A DNA stretch of 64,000 bases from Candidatus Levyibacteriota bacterium (GTDB taxonomy: Bacteria > Patescibacteriota > Microgenomatia > Levybacterales > UBA12049), in NCBI GenBank assembly GCA_043823085.1, contig JBDRBE010000004.1, positions 5,510 through 69,509 of the forward strand, written 5' to 3'. The notes under the pieces were generated by a model. That model was not told the origin of the DNA. It saw nothing but the letters and a program-made list of their open reading frames with translations, and did not search any database. A program made the position numbers and the translations under genes. This document shows, piece by piece, positions 1 to 9,132 of the stretch. Numbering within the stretch: the stretch's first letter is position 1; each line of letters opens with the position of its first letter.

Positions 1-848
1 CTTTAAAAGAAGCAATAATGACAGATAGTGGTTTAAAACATATAATTCAATATTACACGCGGGAAGCCGGTGTTCGAAGTCTTGAACGTCAAATTGCGGC
101 AATCTTGCGAAAAATTGCAAAAAGAGTGGCAGAGGGTAAAAAGGGAAAAATTGAGATTACGTCAAAAAATGTGGCAAAGTTTTTGGGTCCGGAAAAATTC
201 GCTTCGACAATGCTTGAAAAGAAAGATGAAGTTGGTATGTCCACCGGTCTTGCCTGGACAGAAGCAGGTGGAGATATTTTGTTTATCGAAGTTGCCCTAA
301 TGCCCGGAAAAGGGAGTCTTTTGTTAACCGGTCAGCTTGGCGATGTAATGAAAGAATCATGTCAGGCCGCCATGTCTTATATTCGCGCAAGAGCAGGAGA
401 GCTTGGACTTTCGGAAAAGTTTTATCAAAAACTTGATGTTCATGTGCATGTTCCCGAAGGCGCAGTGCCAAAAGACGGACCGTCGGCCGGAATTGCCATT
501 ACAACAGCTATCGTATCTGCGCTGATAAAAATTCCGGCAAAAAGAACTATTGGAATGACCGGAGAAATTACGCTTCGGGGAAGAGTTTTGGAAATCGGCG
601 GAATTAAAGAAAAAGTAATTGCCGCCCATAGAGCGAAACTCAAGACAATTATAATGCCAAAGGAAAACAAGAAAGATTTAGAAGATGTGCCAAAAGAAGT
701 TTTACGCGATTTAAGATTCGTTTATGTTTCGCATATGGATGAGGTTTTAAAGGTTGCCCTTTCCAAGCCTTTGCCAAAAGTTTCCATTCAACCAATAATT
801 TCAGCCCGTCCCATTCTCCACGCCCCCCAACCCCCAAAAGCGGACTAA
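1..848 (+). CDS. lon: ATP-dependent Lon protease, C-terminal peptidase S16 domain (5'-truncated by window edge)
   Basis: Reading frame is open to the window start. Serine active-site motif [19 protein letters not shown] and the GEITLRG..IGGIKEK..AAHR block match the LonA proteolytic domain. Confidence 0.85.
   Translation, partial: LKEAIMTDSGLKHIIQYYTREAGVRSLERQIAAILRKIAKRVAEGKKGKIEITSKNVAKFLGPEKFASTMLEKKDEVGMSTGLAWTEAGGDILFIEVALMPGKGSLLLTGQLGDVMKESCQAAMSYIRARAGELGLSEKFYQKLDVHVHVPEGAVPKDGPSAGIAITTAIVSALIKIPAKRTIGMTGEITLRGRVLEIGGIKEKVIAAHRAKLKTIIMPKENKKDLEDVPKEVLRDLRFVYVSHMDEVLKVALSKPLPKVSIQPIISARPILHAPQPPKAD
807..848. repeat. GC-rich direct repeat copy 1 (gtcc..tccacgcccc..cccccaaaagcggaCtaa), overlapping the lon 3' end
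   Basis: Shares about 30 nt with the 1558-1602 copy. The two copies bracket the DUF433/DUF5615 cassette. Confidence 0.6.
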
Positions 849-869
849 GCCTTTAAATTAGTTTATTGC

Positions 870-1274
870 CTAAAATGATTTTTTGTAAACAATTTTTCCT
901 TTTTTAATTTTTATTAATCTGTTCGAAGTAACTCTTACGAGAGAATTTTTTACAAAATTTTCATTAATAATACCAAGAAGTTTTTTGCACACTTTGTTTA
1001 TGTTGTTGGGAGTTGCCGATCCAACAGAAATAACTATAACTCCTGGGTGTTTAGTCAAACTGACTTTTTCGTAATAAATAAAATCTCTGTCCAAAGTAAG
1101 AAGAACCCTATTTATCTTTTTACTTTTTTTCAGATGCAATTGGTCTGATTTCCCAACAAGCTTCTTATCATAAGCGTGAACTATTGAGAATCCGAGAAAT
1201 TTTAAATAGCTAACTGTAGGAATAGGGAAACATTCGTCGGCGTAGAGCTGTATACGGGATTTTTTAGAGGGCAT
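870..1274 (-). CDS. DUF5615-family (Mut7-C/PIN-like) putative toxin
   Basis: 134 aa with acidic N-terminus (YADECFP), LTLDRDF and KHPGVIVIS blocks typical of DUF5615. It overlaps the upstream DUF433 gene by 11 nt, a common two-gene arrangement. Confidence 0.6.
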   Translation of the reverse strand: MPSKKSRIQLYADECFPIPTVSYLKFLGFSIVHAYDKKLVGKSDQLHLKKSKKINRVLLTLDRDFIYYEKVSLTKHPGVIVISVGSATPNNINKVCKKLLGIINENFVKNSLVRVTSNRLIKIKKGKIVYKKSF

Positions 1275-1461
1275 AACGAGCAGTGAATTCTCGCGTTTTA
1301 ATTTCGTCCAGCGCTTTTTCGATGTCTTTTTTCTTTAGCCATGGATAAGATGCAAGGAAATCAGATATACTATATCCTTCCTTGATGTAATCTAAAAGAT
1401 ACGCAATTGGAATTTTGCTTTTTGGAACTAAGTTTGTTTTGATGCTTGTAGTTTTTTTCAT
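1264..1461 (-). CDS. DUF433-family protein (putative antitoxin partner of DUF5615)
   Basis: 65 aa. Sequence IPIAYLLDYIKEGYSISDFLASYPWLKKKDIEKAL matches the DUF433 consensus (ILdlLaaG.S.eEIL..YP.Lt.eDI.aAL). Confidence 0.65.
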   Translation of the reverse strand: MKKTTSIKTNLVPKSKIPIAYLLDYIKEGYSISDFLASYPWLKKKDIEKALDEIKTREFTARYAL

Positions 1462-1557
1462 AAGTTACAAAAGATTATATCTAAATTATACACCATTTTT
1501 TTCGTTGGGGCAAAAATTGCTTGGTTTATAAGCCTTTTTATGTCTTGACAAATTTTC

Positions 1558-1602
1558 GTCCTCCACGCCCCTGAACTTTCCCAGCCCCCAAAAGCGGATT
1601 AA
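1558..1602. repeat. GC-rich direct repeat copy 2 (gtcc tccacgcccc ..cccccaaaagcggaTtaa)
   Basis: Matches the 807-848 copy with a 13-nt internal indel. It lies upstream of the 1647 gene. Confidence 0.6.
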
Positions 1603-1646
1603 AACCATTCTCTGGGTAATATAAATGTGATATTATCTATTTTAGA

Positions 1647-2438
1647 ATGGATTTGTTTTTGTTAAAGCTTTTCATTTCTTTTGTCTCAGGGGGATTATGG
1701 GTATTGTTTACAACAATCCTGGCCGATAAATTTGGGACCAAAATTGGAGGTTTAGTAAACGGGATGCCATCAACATTATTATTCGGTCTTCTTTTTATTG
1801 CCTGGACACAATCGCCCCAAACTTCTGTTAATGCCACTACTATTGTTCCAGCGATTGGAGGAATAAATATGTTGTTTATGGCATCTTATATTTATTTTGT
1901 AAGAATTAATTTTTCGTTATCTTTAATGTTTTCTGTTTTTTTATGGATGATTTTTTCATTTCTCTTTTTGCTAATTCATCTCAATAATTTTATTGTTTCT
2001 ATTTTAATCTATGTTATTTTATTGCTTTTATCTTATTTATTAGTAGAGCATATACTTAAAACGAAATCTATAGAAGGTAAAAAAATAAAATATAGTTTTA
2101 ATCTTCTTTTATCCAGGGGAATACTTAGTGGTTTTATTATCGCTTTCGCAGTTCTTGTTGCAAAAATTGGTGGTCCAATCATGGGTGGGATTTTTTCTAT
2201 GTTTCCTGCAGCCACGGTTAGTACAATTCTAATTACTCATCGTGCACATGGCTCTGAGTTTTCTTCTGGGGTAGTAAAGAGTATATTGTTGGGGTCGGTG
2301 GGAGCGATAATGTATGGCCTACTTGTTAGATATACATATCTTTCTATCGGTGTTTTCCTAGGAACGCTAGTTTCGATGTTAGGAGCTTATCTTAGCGGAT
2401 ACCTAGTTTATTATCTAGTAATTAAAAAAATTAGATAA
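1647..2438 (+). CDS. Hypothetical integral membrane protein with internal duplication (two similar ~120 aa halves)
   Basis: 263 aa, about 8 predicted TM segments. The halves GGLWVLFTTILADKFGTKIGGLVNGMPSTLLFG and ILSGFIIAFAVLVAKIGGPIMGGIFSMFPAATVST are similar. No family recognised with confidence. Confidence 0.55.
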   Translation: MDLFLLKLFISFVSGGLWVLFTTILADKFGTKIGGLVNGMPSTLLFGLLFIAWTQSPQTSVNATTIVPAIGGINMLFMASYIYFVRINFSLSLMFSVFLWMIFSFLFLLIHLNNFIVSILIYVILLLLSYLLVEHILKTKSIEGKKIKYSFNLLLSRGILSGFIIAFAVLVAKIGGPIMGGIFSMFPAATVSTILITHRAHGSEFSSGVVKSILLGSVGAIMYGLLVRYTYLSIGVFLGTLVSMLGAYLSGYLVYYLVIKKIR

Positions 2439-2443
2439 CTACT

Positions 2444-2459
2444 ACCGCCAGCGGGAGTT
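2444..2459. repeat. 16-nt exact inverted copy of the tRNA-Glu 3' end (actcccgctggcggta)
   Basis: taccgccagcgggagt is the reverse complement of 3134-3149. The two copies flank the GNAT gene. Confidence 0.6.
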
Positions 2460-2472
2460 TTGTTTCAAGTTG

Positions 2473-2494
2473 TTTTAAGGACTGTCCTTTAAAA
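2473..2494. terminator. Weak candidate bidirectional terminator hairpin (ttttAAGGActgTCCTTtaaaa) between convergent genes
   Basis: 5-bp stem, 3-nt loop, flanked by T and A runs between the 1647 (+) and 2500 (-) genes. The stem is short and AT-rich. Confidence 0.25.
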
Positions 2495-2499
2495 GGTTG

Positions 2500-3012
2500 C
2501 TAGGACAATGTAATCCAGTAACGGCGTTTTTGGGGTTTGCCTTTTTCAGCGTCAATAATATTTTCCAAAATCCCTCCGTTTGACTCAATAATTTTACAAG
2601 AGGCAAGATTATTATCGTCGCAAGTAACGAGAATTTTTGATAAGCCTAATTTTTTTGCTTCAAGCAATGCCAATTCCAATATCTTTTTTCCATAACCCAT
2701 TTTTCTTTTTGAAGGACGAATATAATAACCAATATGGCCGCCTATCTTAAATAAATGCTCGGTTAGTGAGTGGCGGATAGAAACACGCCCGATAAATTCT
2801 TTGCAATCAGTAAGCCATAATTCTGTCGCAGGCACCCAATTTTCCGGCAAGTTTAGTCCTTTTGCTTCTTCGCGTTTGTTTTTTACAAATTCTTGGAAAG
2901 ATTGATTTGCTTTTGGTCTGCTAAGTACAGTATCCCCAGTTTCATCTTTTATTTCCTCAAGCGCTTCAAGATAACTTTCTTTATATTTTACCAATGGCCT
3001 GACCAATTTCAT
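2500..3012 (-). CDS. GNAT-family N-acetyltransferase
   Basis: Acetyl-CoA binding motif A (IRPSKRKMGYGKKILELAL) and the core LVTCDDNNLASCKIIESNGG block. The ORF extends to 3084 but that overlaps the tRNA, so the start is taken at MKLVRPL (3012). Confidence 0.7.
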   Translation of the reverse strand: MKLVRPLVKYKESYLEALEEIKDETGDTVLSRPKANQSFQEFVKNKREEAKGLNLPENWVPATELWLTDCKEFIGRVSIRHSLTEHLFKIGGHIGYYIRPSKRKMGYGKKILELALLEAKKLGLSKILVTCDDNNLASCKIIESNGGILENIIDAEKGKPQKRRYWITLS

Positions 3013-3076
3013 AAACTGATTATAGCATTGCGAAGTTGCTTGTTCCAGATTTGAATTTAAGGTAAAATATAGATGC

Positions 3077-3150
3077 GCCGCCATCGTCTAGTGGCCTAGG
3101 ACGTCACGTTCTCAACGTGAAGATCGCGGGTTCGACTCCCGCTGGCGGTA
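3077..3150 (+). tRNA. tRNA-Glu (anticodon CUC)
   Basis: Cloverleaf folds by hand: acceptor gccgcca/tggcggt, D-arm gtc-tagtggcctag-gac, anticodon stem tcacg/cgtga with loop ttCTCaa, T-arm gcggg-ttcgact-cccgc. The D-loop resembles bacterial tRNA-Glu. No CCA is encoded. Confidence 0.8.
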
Positions 3151-3263
3151 CTACAATTTTTCCGATACCTCTTATTGAAAAAATAGTTTATTGATTGTAT
3201 GCTTAAATATTTTCAAGAGTGAGATTAATTGTGTCTTGTTGATATTTCTAGTATAATTTTTGT

Positions 3264-4028
3264 GTGAATAAAATTTATCTCTCTATTGTTATTCCTTGCT
3301 TTGATGAAATGACAAATCTTCAAAAAGGAGTTTTGGATAAGGTTGAGCACTTTTTGAATAAAAAGAATTATCTTTGGGAAGTTATTGTAGTTGATGATGG
3401 TTCAAAAGACGGGAGTATTGATTTTTTAGAACAATTTATCAGGGAAAATCCAAAGTTTAGAATGATGAAAAATTCTCATCTTGGGAAAGCGGGAGCTGTA
3501 ACAGCCGGGGTTTTGGATTCGAAAGGGGAATATATTCTTTTTACAGATATGGATCAGGCTACTCCAATTGAAGAAGTTGAAAAGCTTTTGCCATATTTCG
3601 ATGAAAAAAATGGGAATTTTGATGTGGTAATTGGATCAAGAGATACAAAGCGTAAAGGTTCACCATTAACACGTCTTATTATTTCAAGGGCGGCCATTAT
3701 ATTAAGGAAACTTCTTATTGGAATGAATGAGATCTCAGATACCCAGTGTGGTTTTAAGGCGTTTAAAAATGATGTTGCAAAGCAATTATTTACAAAAGTC
3801 AAAAATTTGCACAATGGATTTAGAAAGATATCAGGATCAGCTGTAACTGCAGGATTTGATATTGAGCTTTTATATCTTTCGGAAAAGCTAGGTTATAAAA
3901 TCAAAGAAGCTCCGGTTAATTGGCTATATGTGGAAACAAGGAGGGTAAATCCAATTAAAGATTCAATAGAGGGGTTAGTTGATTTAATCAGGATAAAGAT
4001 AAACGATATTAGAGGAATTTATAAGTGA
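3264..4028 (+). CDS. Family-2 glycosyltransferase, Dpm1/GtrB/CsbB-like polyprenyl-phosphate sugar synthase
   Basis: GTG start. Motifs SIVIPCFDE..VIVVDDGSKDGS..TDMDQ..GSR and QCGFKAF indicate a DPM1-like GT2 fold. Confidence 0.8.
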   Translation: MNKIYLSIVIPCFDEMTNLQKGVLDKVEHFLNKKNYLWEVIVVDDGSKDGSIDFLEQFIRENPKFRMMKNSHLGKAGAVTAGVLDSKGEYILFTDMDQATPIEEVEKLLPYFDEKNGNFDVVIGSRDTKRKGSPLTRLIISRAAIILRKLLIGMNEISDTQCGFKAFKNDVAKQLFTKVKNLHNGFRKISGSAVTAGFDIELLYLSEKLGYKIKEAPVNWLYVETRRVNPIKDSIEGLVDLIRIKINDIRGIYK

Positions 4029-5197
4029 AGGTAAAATTGTTATTAATTGGTTATTTAATAGTTATTGTTGGATTATTTTTTTATTCTTTTACCCAGGTTG
4101 ATCTTGGTTTAACATTGACACGCTGGTCTCCTTGGCAAGTGGCGCAGAAATTTTTTCAAAGCATCGGTTATTTCAATAGGCCTTTGTCGGCAGTTTTATA
4201 TATTGCCATCGTTTTCCTTCTTTTTCTTTTTTATCTTTTGTTTTTATGGCTTTCTGTCAAGAAAAAAATAGCCAAAAAAGAGATTTGGACAGTAATAATT
4301 ATCACAAGTGTTATCTTAGGTTTTTCCTATAATGCTTTCTCCTATGATTTATTTAATTATATTTTTGACGCAAAAATTGTAACTTTTTATCATCAAAATC
4401 CATATTTGCATAAAGCTCTTGATTATCAGGGAGATGCGATGCTTTCTTTTATGCATTGGACGCACAGAGTCTACCCCTACGGGCCCGTTTGGTTAGGATT
4501 AACTGCTCCTTTATCGTTTTTAGGACTTCAGTTTTTTTTGCCTACGTTCTTTTTATTTAAATTCCTTTCAGTTGCTTCATTTCTGGGAACGGCTTTTTAT
4601 ATTTCGAAAATTTTAAAAAAAATATCTGCGGAAAACGAGCTTCACGGTATAGTCTTTTTTGCCCTTAATCCGCTGGTTATAATTGAAAGTCTAGTATCTG
4701 GCCATAATGATACTGCGATGATGTTTTTGTCAATAATGGCATTATATCTAATTATGAACATGAAATATTTTCGTTCAATTTTAGTACTCGGATTATCAAT
4801 CGGAGTTAAATTCGCTACGATTTTCCTAGTTCCTATTTTTATACTATTATTTTTATCTAAAAAGATAAAAAAAGAAATTAGCTGGCGGCAAGTGTCATTC
4901 TTGTTAATTGTTCTAATGATTATTCCAGTTTTTATTGCATCGCTACGGACAAATTTTCAGCCATGGTATTTACTTTATGTACTGCCTTTTGCCTCATTGC
5001 TTTCGAAAAAGTATTTTATTTTGATTCCGTCAATTATAATATCTTTCTTTTCTCTTTTAATGTACGTACCTTTTTTGTATTCAGGCAATTGGAATCCTCC
5101 TGTTCCCACGATATTATTCTGGATAGTATTGAGTTCAATCATTGTTTCTCTTTTTATTACCTCTATTTACTCTCTTGCCGCAAATAGAGTAAAATAA
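4025..5197 (+). CDS. Polytopic membrane protein, candidate GT-C glycosyltransferase (paralog of 43458-44603)
   Basis: 390 aa, more than 10 TM segments. Shares the NPLVIIESLVSGHNDTAMMFL block with the 43458 gene. GTG start overlaps the upstream stop by 4 nt. Confidence 0.6.
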   Translation: MKVKLLLIGYLIVIVGLFFYSFTQVDLGLTLTRWSPWQVAQKFFQSIGYFNRPLSAVLYIAIVFLLFLFYLLFLWLSVKKKIAKKEIWTVIIITSVILGFSYNAFSYDLFNYIFDAKIVTFYHQNPYLHKALDYQGDAMLSFMHWTHRVYPYGPVWLGLTAPLSFLGLQFFLPTFFLFKFLSVASFLGTAFYISKILKKISAENELHGIVFFALNPLVIIESLVSGHNDTAMMFLSIMALYLIMNMKYFRSILVLGLSIGVKFATIFLVPIFILLFLSKKIKKEISWRQVSFLLIVLMIIPVFIASLRTNFQPWYLLYVLPFASLLSKKYFILIPSIIISFFSLLMYVPFLYSGNWNPPVPTILFWIVLSSIIVSLFITSIYSLAANRVK

Positions 5198-5203
5198 ATT
5201 AAA

Positions 5204-6727
5204 ATGAATTTAAATTTTTTCAAAAAATATCGCATAGAAATAATTCTTTTTATTATAGCTTCCTTTCTTTTTTTCGCCTCTAGACTTTTTAAGCTTGATT
5301 CTTTACCAATTTTTACAGATGAAGCAATTTATCTCCGCTGGTCGCAAATTGCAAAGCAGGATGCCGCTTGGAGATTTATTTCTTTAACCGACGGTAAACA
5401 ACCGTTTTTTATTTGGCTTTCGATGATTTTTATGCGTTTTATAAAAGATCCGCTGATTGCGGGAAGAATGGTCTCTGTAATGGCCGGATTTTTCTCAATG
5501 ATCGGTCTTTTCTTTTTAGGCAGAGAAATTTTTAAAAACAGATGGGTTGGGATTATTTCTTCCTTTCTCTATGTCATTCTTCCTTTTTCTTTGGTCTATG
5601 ATCGCATGGCGCTTTATGATAGTCTTGTTGGGACTTTTGCCGTTTGGGGTTTATATTTTGAAATCTTACTAATCAGAAAACTTCGTTTTGATTTAGCTCT
5701 TATTCTCGGAATGATTTTGGGAGGAGCGGTTTTAACAAAAACTTCAGGATTTTTTGGAATTTATCTTCTTCCTTTTTCACTCTTGCTATTTAACTTCTCC
5801 AAGAAAGATAATCTTAGTAAGTTTCTCAAGTGGATTGTTTTGGCTATTATTGTTGTAATTTTTGTTTATGTTTATTATTCGGTTCTAAGACTTTCTCCGT
5901 TCTTCCATATAATTGATGAAAAAAATGCAATTTTTGTTTATCCTTTTAAAGACTGGTTAGCGCACCCATTTAATTATTTGTGGGGGAATTTAGTTGGTCT
6001 TTGGGATTGGTTTATTACTTATTTAACTTGGCCTATTTTTGCTCTTATCATTATTTCTTTATTTTTTTACCGTTCTTATTTTAGAGAAAAATTATTATTG
6101 TTGGTTTGGTTTTTGGCGCCCTTTTTTGCATTAGCGCTTTTTGGCAGAACTCTTTATCCCCGCTTTATCTTTTTTATGGTTCTTTCTCTTTTGCCTCTGG
6201 TTGCTCTTTCAATTTATCACGTGAGCCAATTAATCAAGAATCGTTTAATTTTTGTTATTTTTATTTTGTTAATTGGCGTATTTTCTCTTTATTCTGGTTT
6301 TTATATTCTAACAGATTTTTCAAAAGCGCCGATTCCAAATGCAGATAGAACGCAATATTTTAGCGGATGGTCTTCCGGTGTCGGCGTAAAAGAAGCGGTA
6401 GCCTACTTTAAAGACGAGGCAAAAAAGGGCCCAATCTATATTGCAACGCAAGGGACTTTTGGTTTAATGCCATATTCGCTTGAGATTTATCTTGATGAAA
6501 ATACAAATGTAAAAATTACAAGTTTTTGGCCGATTCCCGATAATATTCCAAAGGAATATTTGGATGCAAGTAAAAAGATGCCAACGTATCTTGTTTTTTA
6601 CCAGCCCTGCTATTCTTGCATGGGGACTGGTCTTGCTCCAGCGATCTGGCCGCTTGAAGAGATAATTAAAATTAATAAAGTAGAGCCAGGAATTTATTTT
6701 AGTGTTTATAAAGTGACGCCAAGATGA
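5204..6727 (+). CDS. GT-C fold membrane glycosyltransferase-like protein (ArnT/PMT-like, DE motif)
   Basis: 507 aa. N-terminal TM followed by an FTDEAIYLRW loop (the DE motif of GT-C first periplasmic loop), many TM segments and a C-terminal soluble domain. Confidence 0.6.
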   Translation: MNLNFFKKYRIEIILFIIASFLFFASRLFKLDSLPIFTDEAIYLRWSQIAKQDAAWRFISLTDGKQPFFIWLSMIFMRFIKDPLIAGRMVSVMAGFFSMIGLFFLGREIFKNRWVGIISSFLYVILPFSLVYDRMALYDSLVGTFAVWGLYFEILLIRKLRFDLALILGMILGGAVLTKTSGFFGIYLLPFSLLLFNFSKKDNLSKFLKWIVLAIIVVIFVYVYYSVLRLSPFFHIIDEKNAIFVYPFKDWLAHPFNYLWGNLVGLWDWFITYLTWPIFALIIISLFFYRSYFREKLLLLVWFLAPFFALALFGRTLYPRFIFFMVLSLLPLVALSIYHVSQLIKNRLIFVIFILLIGVFSLYSGFYILTDFSKAPIPNADRTQYFSGWSSGVGVKEAVAYFKDEAKKGPIYIATQGTFGLMPYSLEIYLDENTNVKITSFWPIPDNIPKEYLDASKKMPTYLVFYQPCYSCMGTGLAPAIWPLEEIIKINKVEPGIYFSVYKVTPR

Positions 6728-9132
6728 GAAAAGAATTTTTCTGGGCGTTTTTATTTTTTATCATCGTTTCTCTGTTTTTTTTCTATCCTCTGTTTGGGGG
6801 ATTTATTCCTTTCCCGGGAGATAATTTAGTTGGTAATTTTGGTCCTTACGATTCATTATCTTATGGTAAATATGGTCCTGGGGCGGTTCCAAATCTTGCC
6901 CAAGGACCCGATGTTATCCGGGAACTTTTTCCTTGGAAAAATTTTGTTATCGAAAGTTTCAAGCAATTTCAAATTCCTTTTTGGAATCCGTATAATTTTT
7001 CAGGTAACCCCTTAATGGCCAATTTTCAAAGCGGTGCGTTTTATCCTCTTAATTTGGTTTTTTTAATATTCAATTTTTTAAACGGCTGGTCGATTTTTAT
7101 TCTTCTTATCCCAGTTTTGGCTGGTATTTTTACTTATCTTTTTCTTCGGGAACTTAGCCTTTTAAAGTTAGCGAGTGTTTTTGGAGGAATTGTTTTTGCC
7201 TTTTCTTCCTACATGGTTGTGTGGATGGAATATGGTAACGTTGGACATACATTTCTTTGGCTGCCTCTTGGTCTCTTTTTTACAGAAAAGTTAATAAAAA
7301 AAACCAATTATAAATATATTTTCTTTTTAGTCATGGTTTTATTTTTTGCTCTTCTTGCCGGTTATATTCAAGGATATATTTATTCAATCGCAATAGTTAT
7401 TTTTTATTATCTTCTAAAAAATATTTTAGCAAGAAAATTTTCTTTCAAAAAAACCATTTTGTTTTTGACAAGCGTTTTAATTTTTCCATTGGGATTAGCA
7501 TTGTTTCAAATTTTACCAACTCTTGAATTGTTTTCTAATTCTTCAAGAGGAAGTTATAGCTTTGAACAGACTATCAAAATCTTAAATCCATTTTGGTATT
7601 TTATTACGACAGTTGCTCCTGATTTTTTTGGTAATCCGGCAACGAGAAATCACTGGTTTTTGGGAACATATATAGAAAAGGTGTCCTATTTCGGCCTTAT
7701 TCCTTTGATATTGGCAATAAGCGCGGTTTTCAATTTTAAAAAAAGAAAAGAGATTGCCATTTTTGGAGCATTACTTATTTTAAGTTTTATTTTGGCAACA
7801 GATTTATTTTTCAACCGAATCGTTTATCTTTTTCCAATTCCAATAATTTCTACAATGGTTCAAACGAGAATTTTAAGCATTTTTGTTTTTTCCGGGAGTA
7901 TTCTTTCTGCTTTCGGGTTTAATTTTTTTCTAAAAAAAGATAACAAAAAAGGTCTTTGTTTATCATTTACTTTAATTTCAGTCTTAATTTTTATCGCATG
8001 GGTTTTTGTATTCTTAATGCCAAAAATTTTTCCCCAAGAAAATTGGACTCAAAATTTAGCAGTTGCCAAAAGAAATCTTATTTTACCTTCAATTTTTCTT
8101 CTTTGTTTTTTAATTCTGTCAGTAAGCTACTTGAAGATATTCAAGAAGTCGTATCTTATCAAAATAATAATTATTTTGATATTTTTACTGACTTTGTTTG
8201 ATCTTTTCCGTTTCTTTCAAAAAATTACGCCTTTTTCGCCAAAAGATTATGTTTATCCAAGTACACCGGTCATAGATTATCTAAAGAAAAATGGTTCACT
8301 TTATCGTTTCTGGGGTTATGGCAGCGGTTATGTTGACAGTAATTTCCAAACATATGATCACACCTTTTCACCGGAGGGGAATGATCCGATTCATATTAAA
8401 AACTATACGGAATTTTTATCTTCGTCCAAAGATGGAACTCTACCTTCTATTCTTCCTCGCCCCGATGCAAATATCGCATCGGGTTTTAGTCAGACAGACC
8501 TCAATGATAATAATTTTCGGCAGAAAGTTTTAAATATTTTGGGAGTGAAATATATTTTAAATAAAAGCAATCTATTATCAAATAATTTTCAACCCGATAA
8601 CATAACTTTTCCGCAAACAAAATATAAACTAATTTGGCAAAATGCCCCCTGGCAAATTTATGAAAATTTAAAAGTAGTTCCGCGTGTTTTTTTGACAACG
8701 AATTATATTGTTGTGCAGGACAAAAAAGAAATCCTTAAGAAATTCTATTCCAAAGATTTTGATGAATCAAAGAAAATTATTCTGAATGAAGACCCTCGTT
8801 TATTAATTAATAATAACTCGCTCTCAAAAGCTGCGATTATTTCTTACGAGCCAAACAAAGTTGTTGTCCAAACAAGCTCCAATAGTAACGCTTTGCTTTT
8901 TCTTTCCGATACTTATTACATATCATGGAAAGCAAAAGTTGATGAAAATGCAACCAAAGTTTATTTAGCAGATTATACTTTTAGAGCAGTTGCTGTTCCA
9001 AAAGGAGAACACAAAGTAACTTTTTATTTTGAATCAGACTCGTTTAAAAAAGGGTTAGTTTTATCCGGCATAATTTTTATTCTTTTTATAACTTTTATAA
9101 TCTTTATAAAGAGGCAAAAAAATTATGAATAA
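6724..9132 (+). CDS. YfhO-family large membrane protein (GT-C superfamily) A1
   Basis: 802 aa. N-terminal block D..REL(F)PW..FWNPYNFSGNPLMANFQSG and C-terminal block YLADYTFRAVAVPKGEHKVTFYF followed by a C-terminal TM. Paralog of 19853, 23551 and 29047. Confidence 0.7.
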   Translation: MRKEFFWAFLFFIIVSLFFFYPLFGGFIPFPGDNLVGNFGPYDSLSYGKYGPGAVPNLAQGPDVIRELFPWKNFVIESFKQFQIPFWNPYNFSGNPLMANFQSGAFYPLNLVFLIFNFLNGWSIFILLIPVLAGIFTYLFLRELSLLKLASVFGGIVFAFSSYMVVWMEYGNVGHTFLWLPLGLFFTEKLIKKTNYKYIFFLVMVLFFALLAGYIQGYIYSIAIVIFYYLLKNILARKFSFKKTILFLTSVLIFPLGLALFQILPTLELFSNSSRGSYSFEQTIKILNPFWYFITTVAPDFFGNPATRNHWFLGTYIEKVSYFGLIPLILAISAVFNFKKRKEIAIFGALLILSFILATDLFFNRIVYLFPIPIISTMVQTRILSIFVFSGSILSAFGFNFFLKKDNKKGLCLSFTLISVLIFIAWVFVFLMPKIFPQENWTQNLAVAKRNLILPSIFLLCFLILSVSYLKIFKKSYLIKIIIILIFLLTLFDLFRFFQKITPFSPKDYVYPSTPVIDYLKKNGSLYRFWGYGSGYVDSNFQTYDHTFSPEGNDPIHIKNYTEFLSSSKDGTLPSILPRPDANIASGFSQTDLNDNNFRQKVLNILGVKYILNKSNLLSNNFQPDNITFPQTKYKLIWQNAPWQIYENLKVVPRVFLTTNYIVVQDKKEILKKFYSKDFDESKKIILNEDPRLLINNNSLSKAAIISYEPNKVVVQTSSNSNALLFLSDTYYISWKAKVDENATKVYLADYTFRAVAVPKGEHKVTFYFESDSFKKGLVLSGIIFILFITFIIFIKRQKNYE

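Noticed and set aside
70-300. 76-aa ORF in an alternative frame inside the lon coding region
   Set aside because: Completely nested in a strongly supported Lon peptidase-domain frame, with a Lys/Arg-rich low-complexity translation typical of off-frame reading of AT-rich DNA.
283-670. Several antisense ORFs (62-90 aa) opposite lon
   Set aside because: Overlap a conserved protein-coding frame, with no motifs. These are expected spurious ORFs.
1545-1551. TTGACA hexamer upstream of repeat copy 2 as a -35 element
   Set aside because: No acceptable -10 element at 16-18 nt spacing, so this is probably coincidental.
2500-3084. Full-length 194-aa GNAT ORF extending to 3084
   Set aside because: The first 8 nt would overlap the tRNA-Glu gene. 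The internal start MKLVRPL (3012) gives a normal-length GNAT, so the 5' extension is probably not translated.
6600-6660. Moderately GC-rich stretch at the 3' end of the 5204 gene as another inserted element
   Set aside because: No palindrome and no flanking direct repeats. It encodes a plausible Cys/Gly-rich segment and is more likely ordinary coding sequence.
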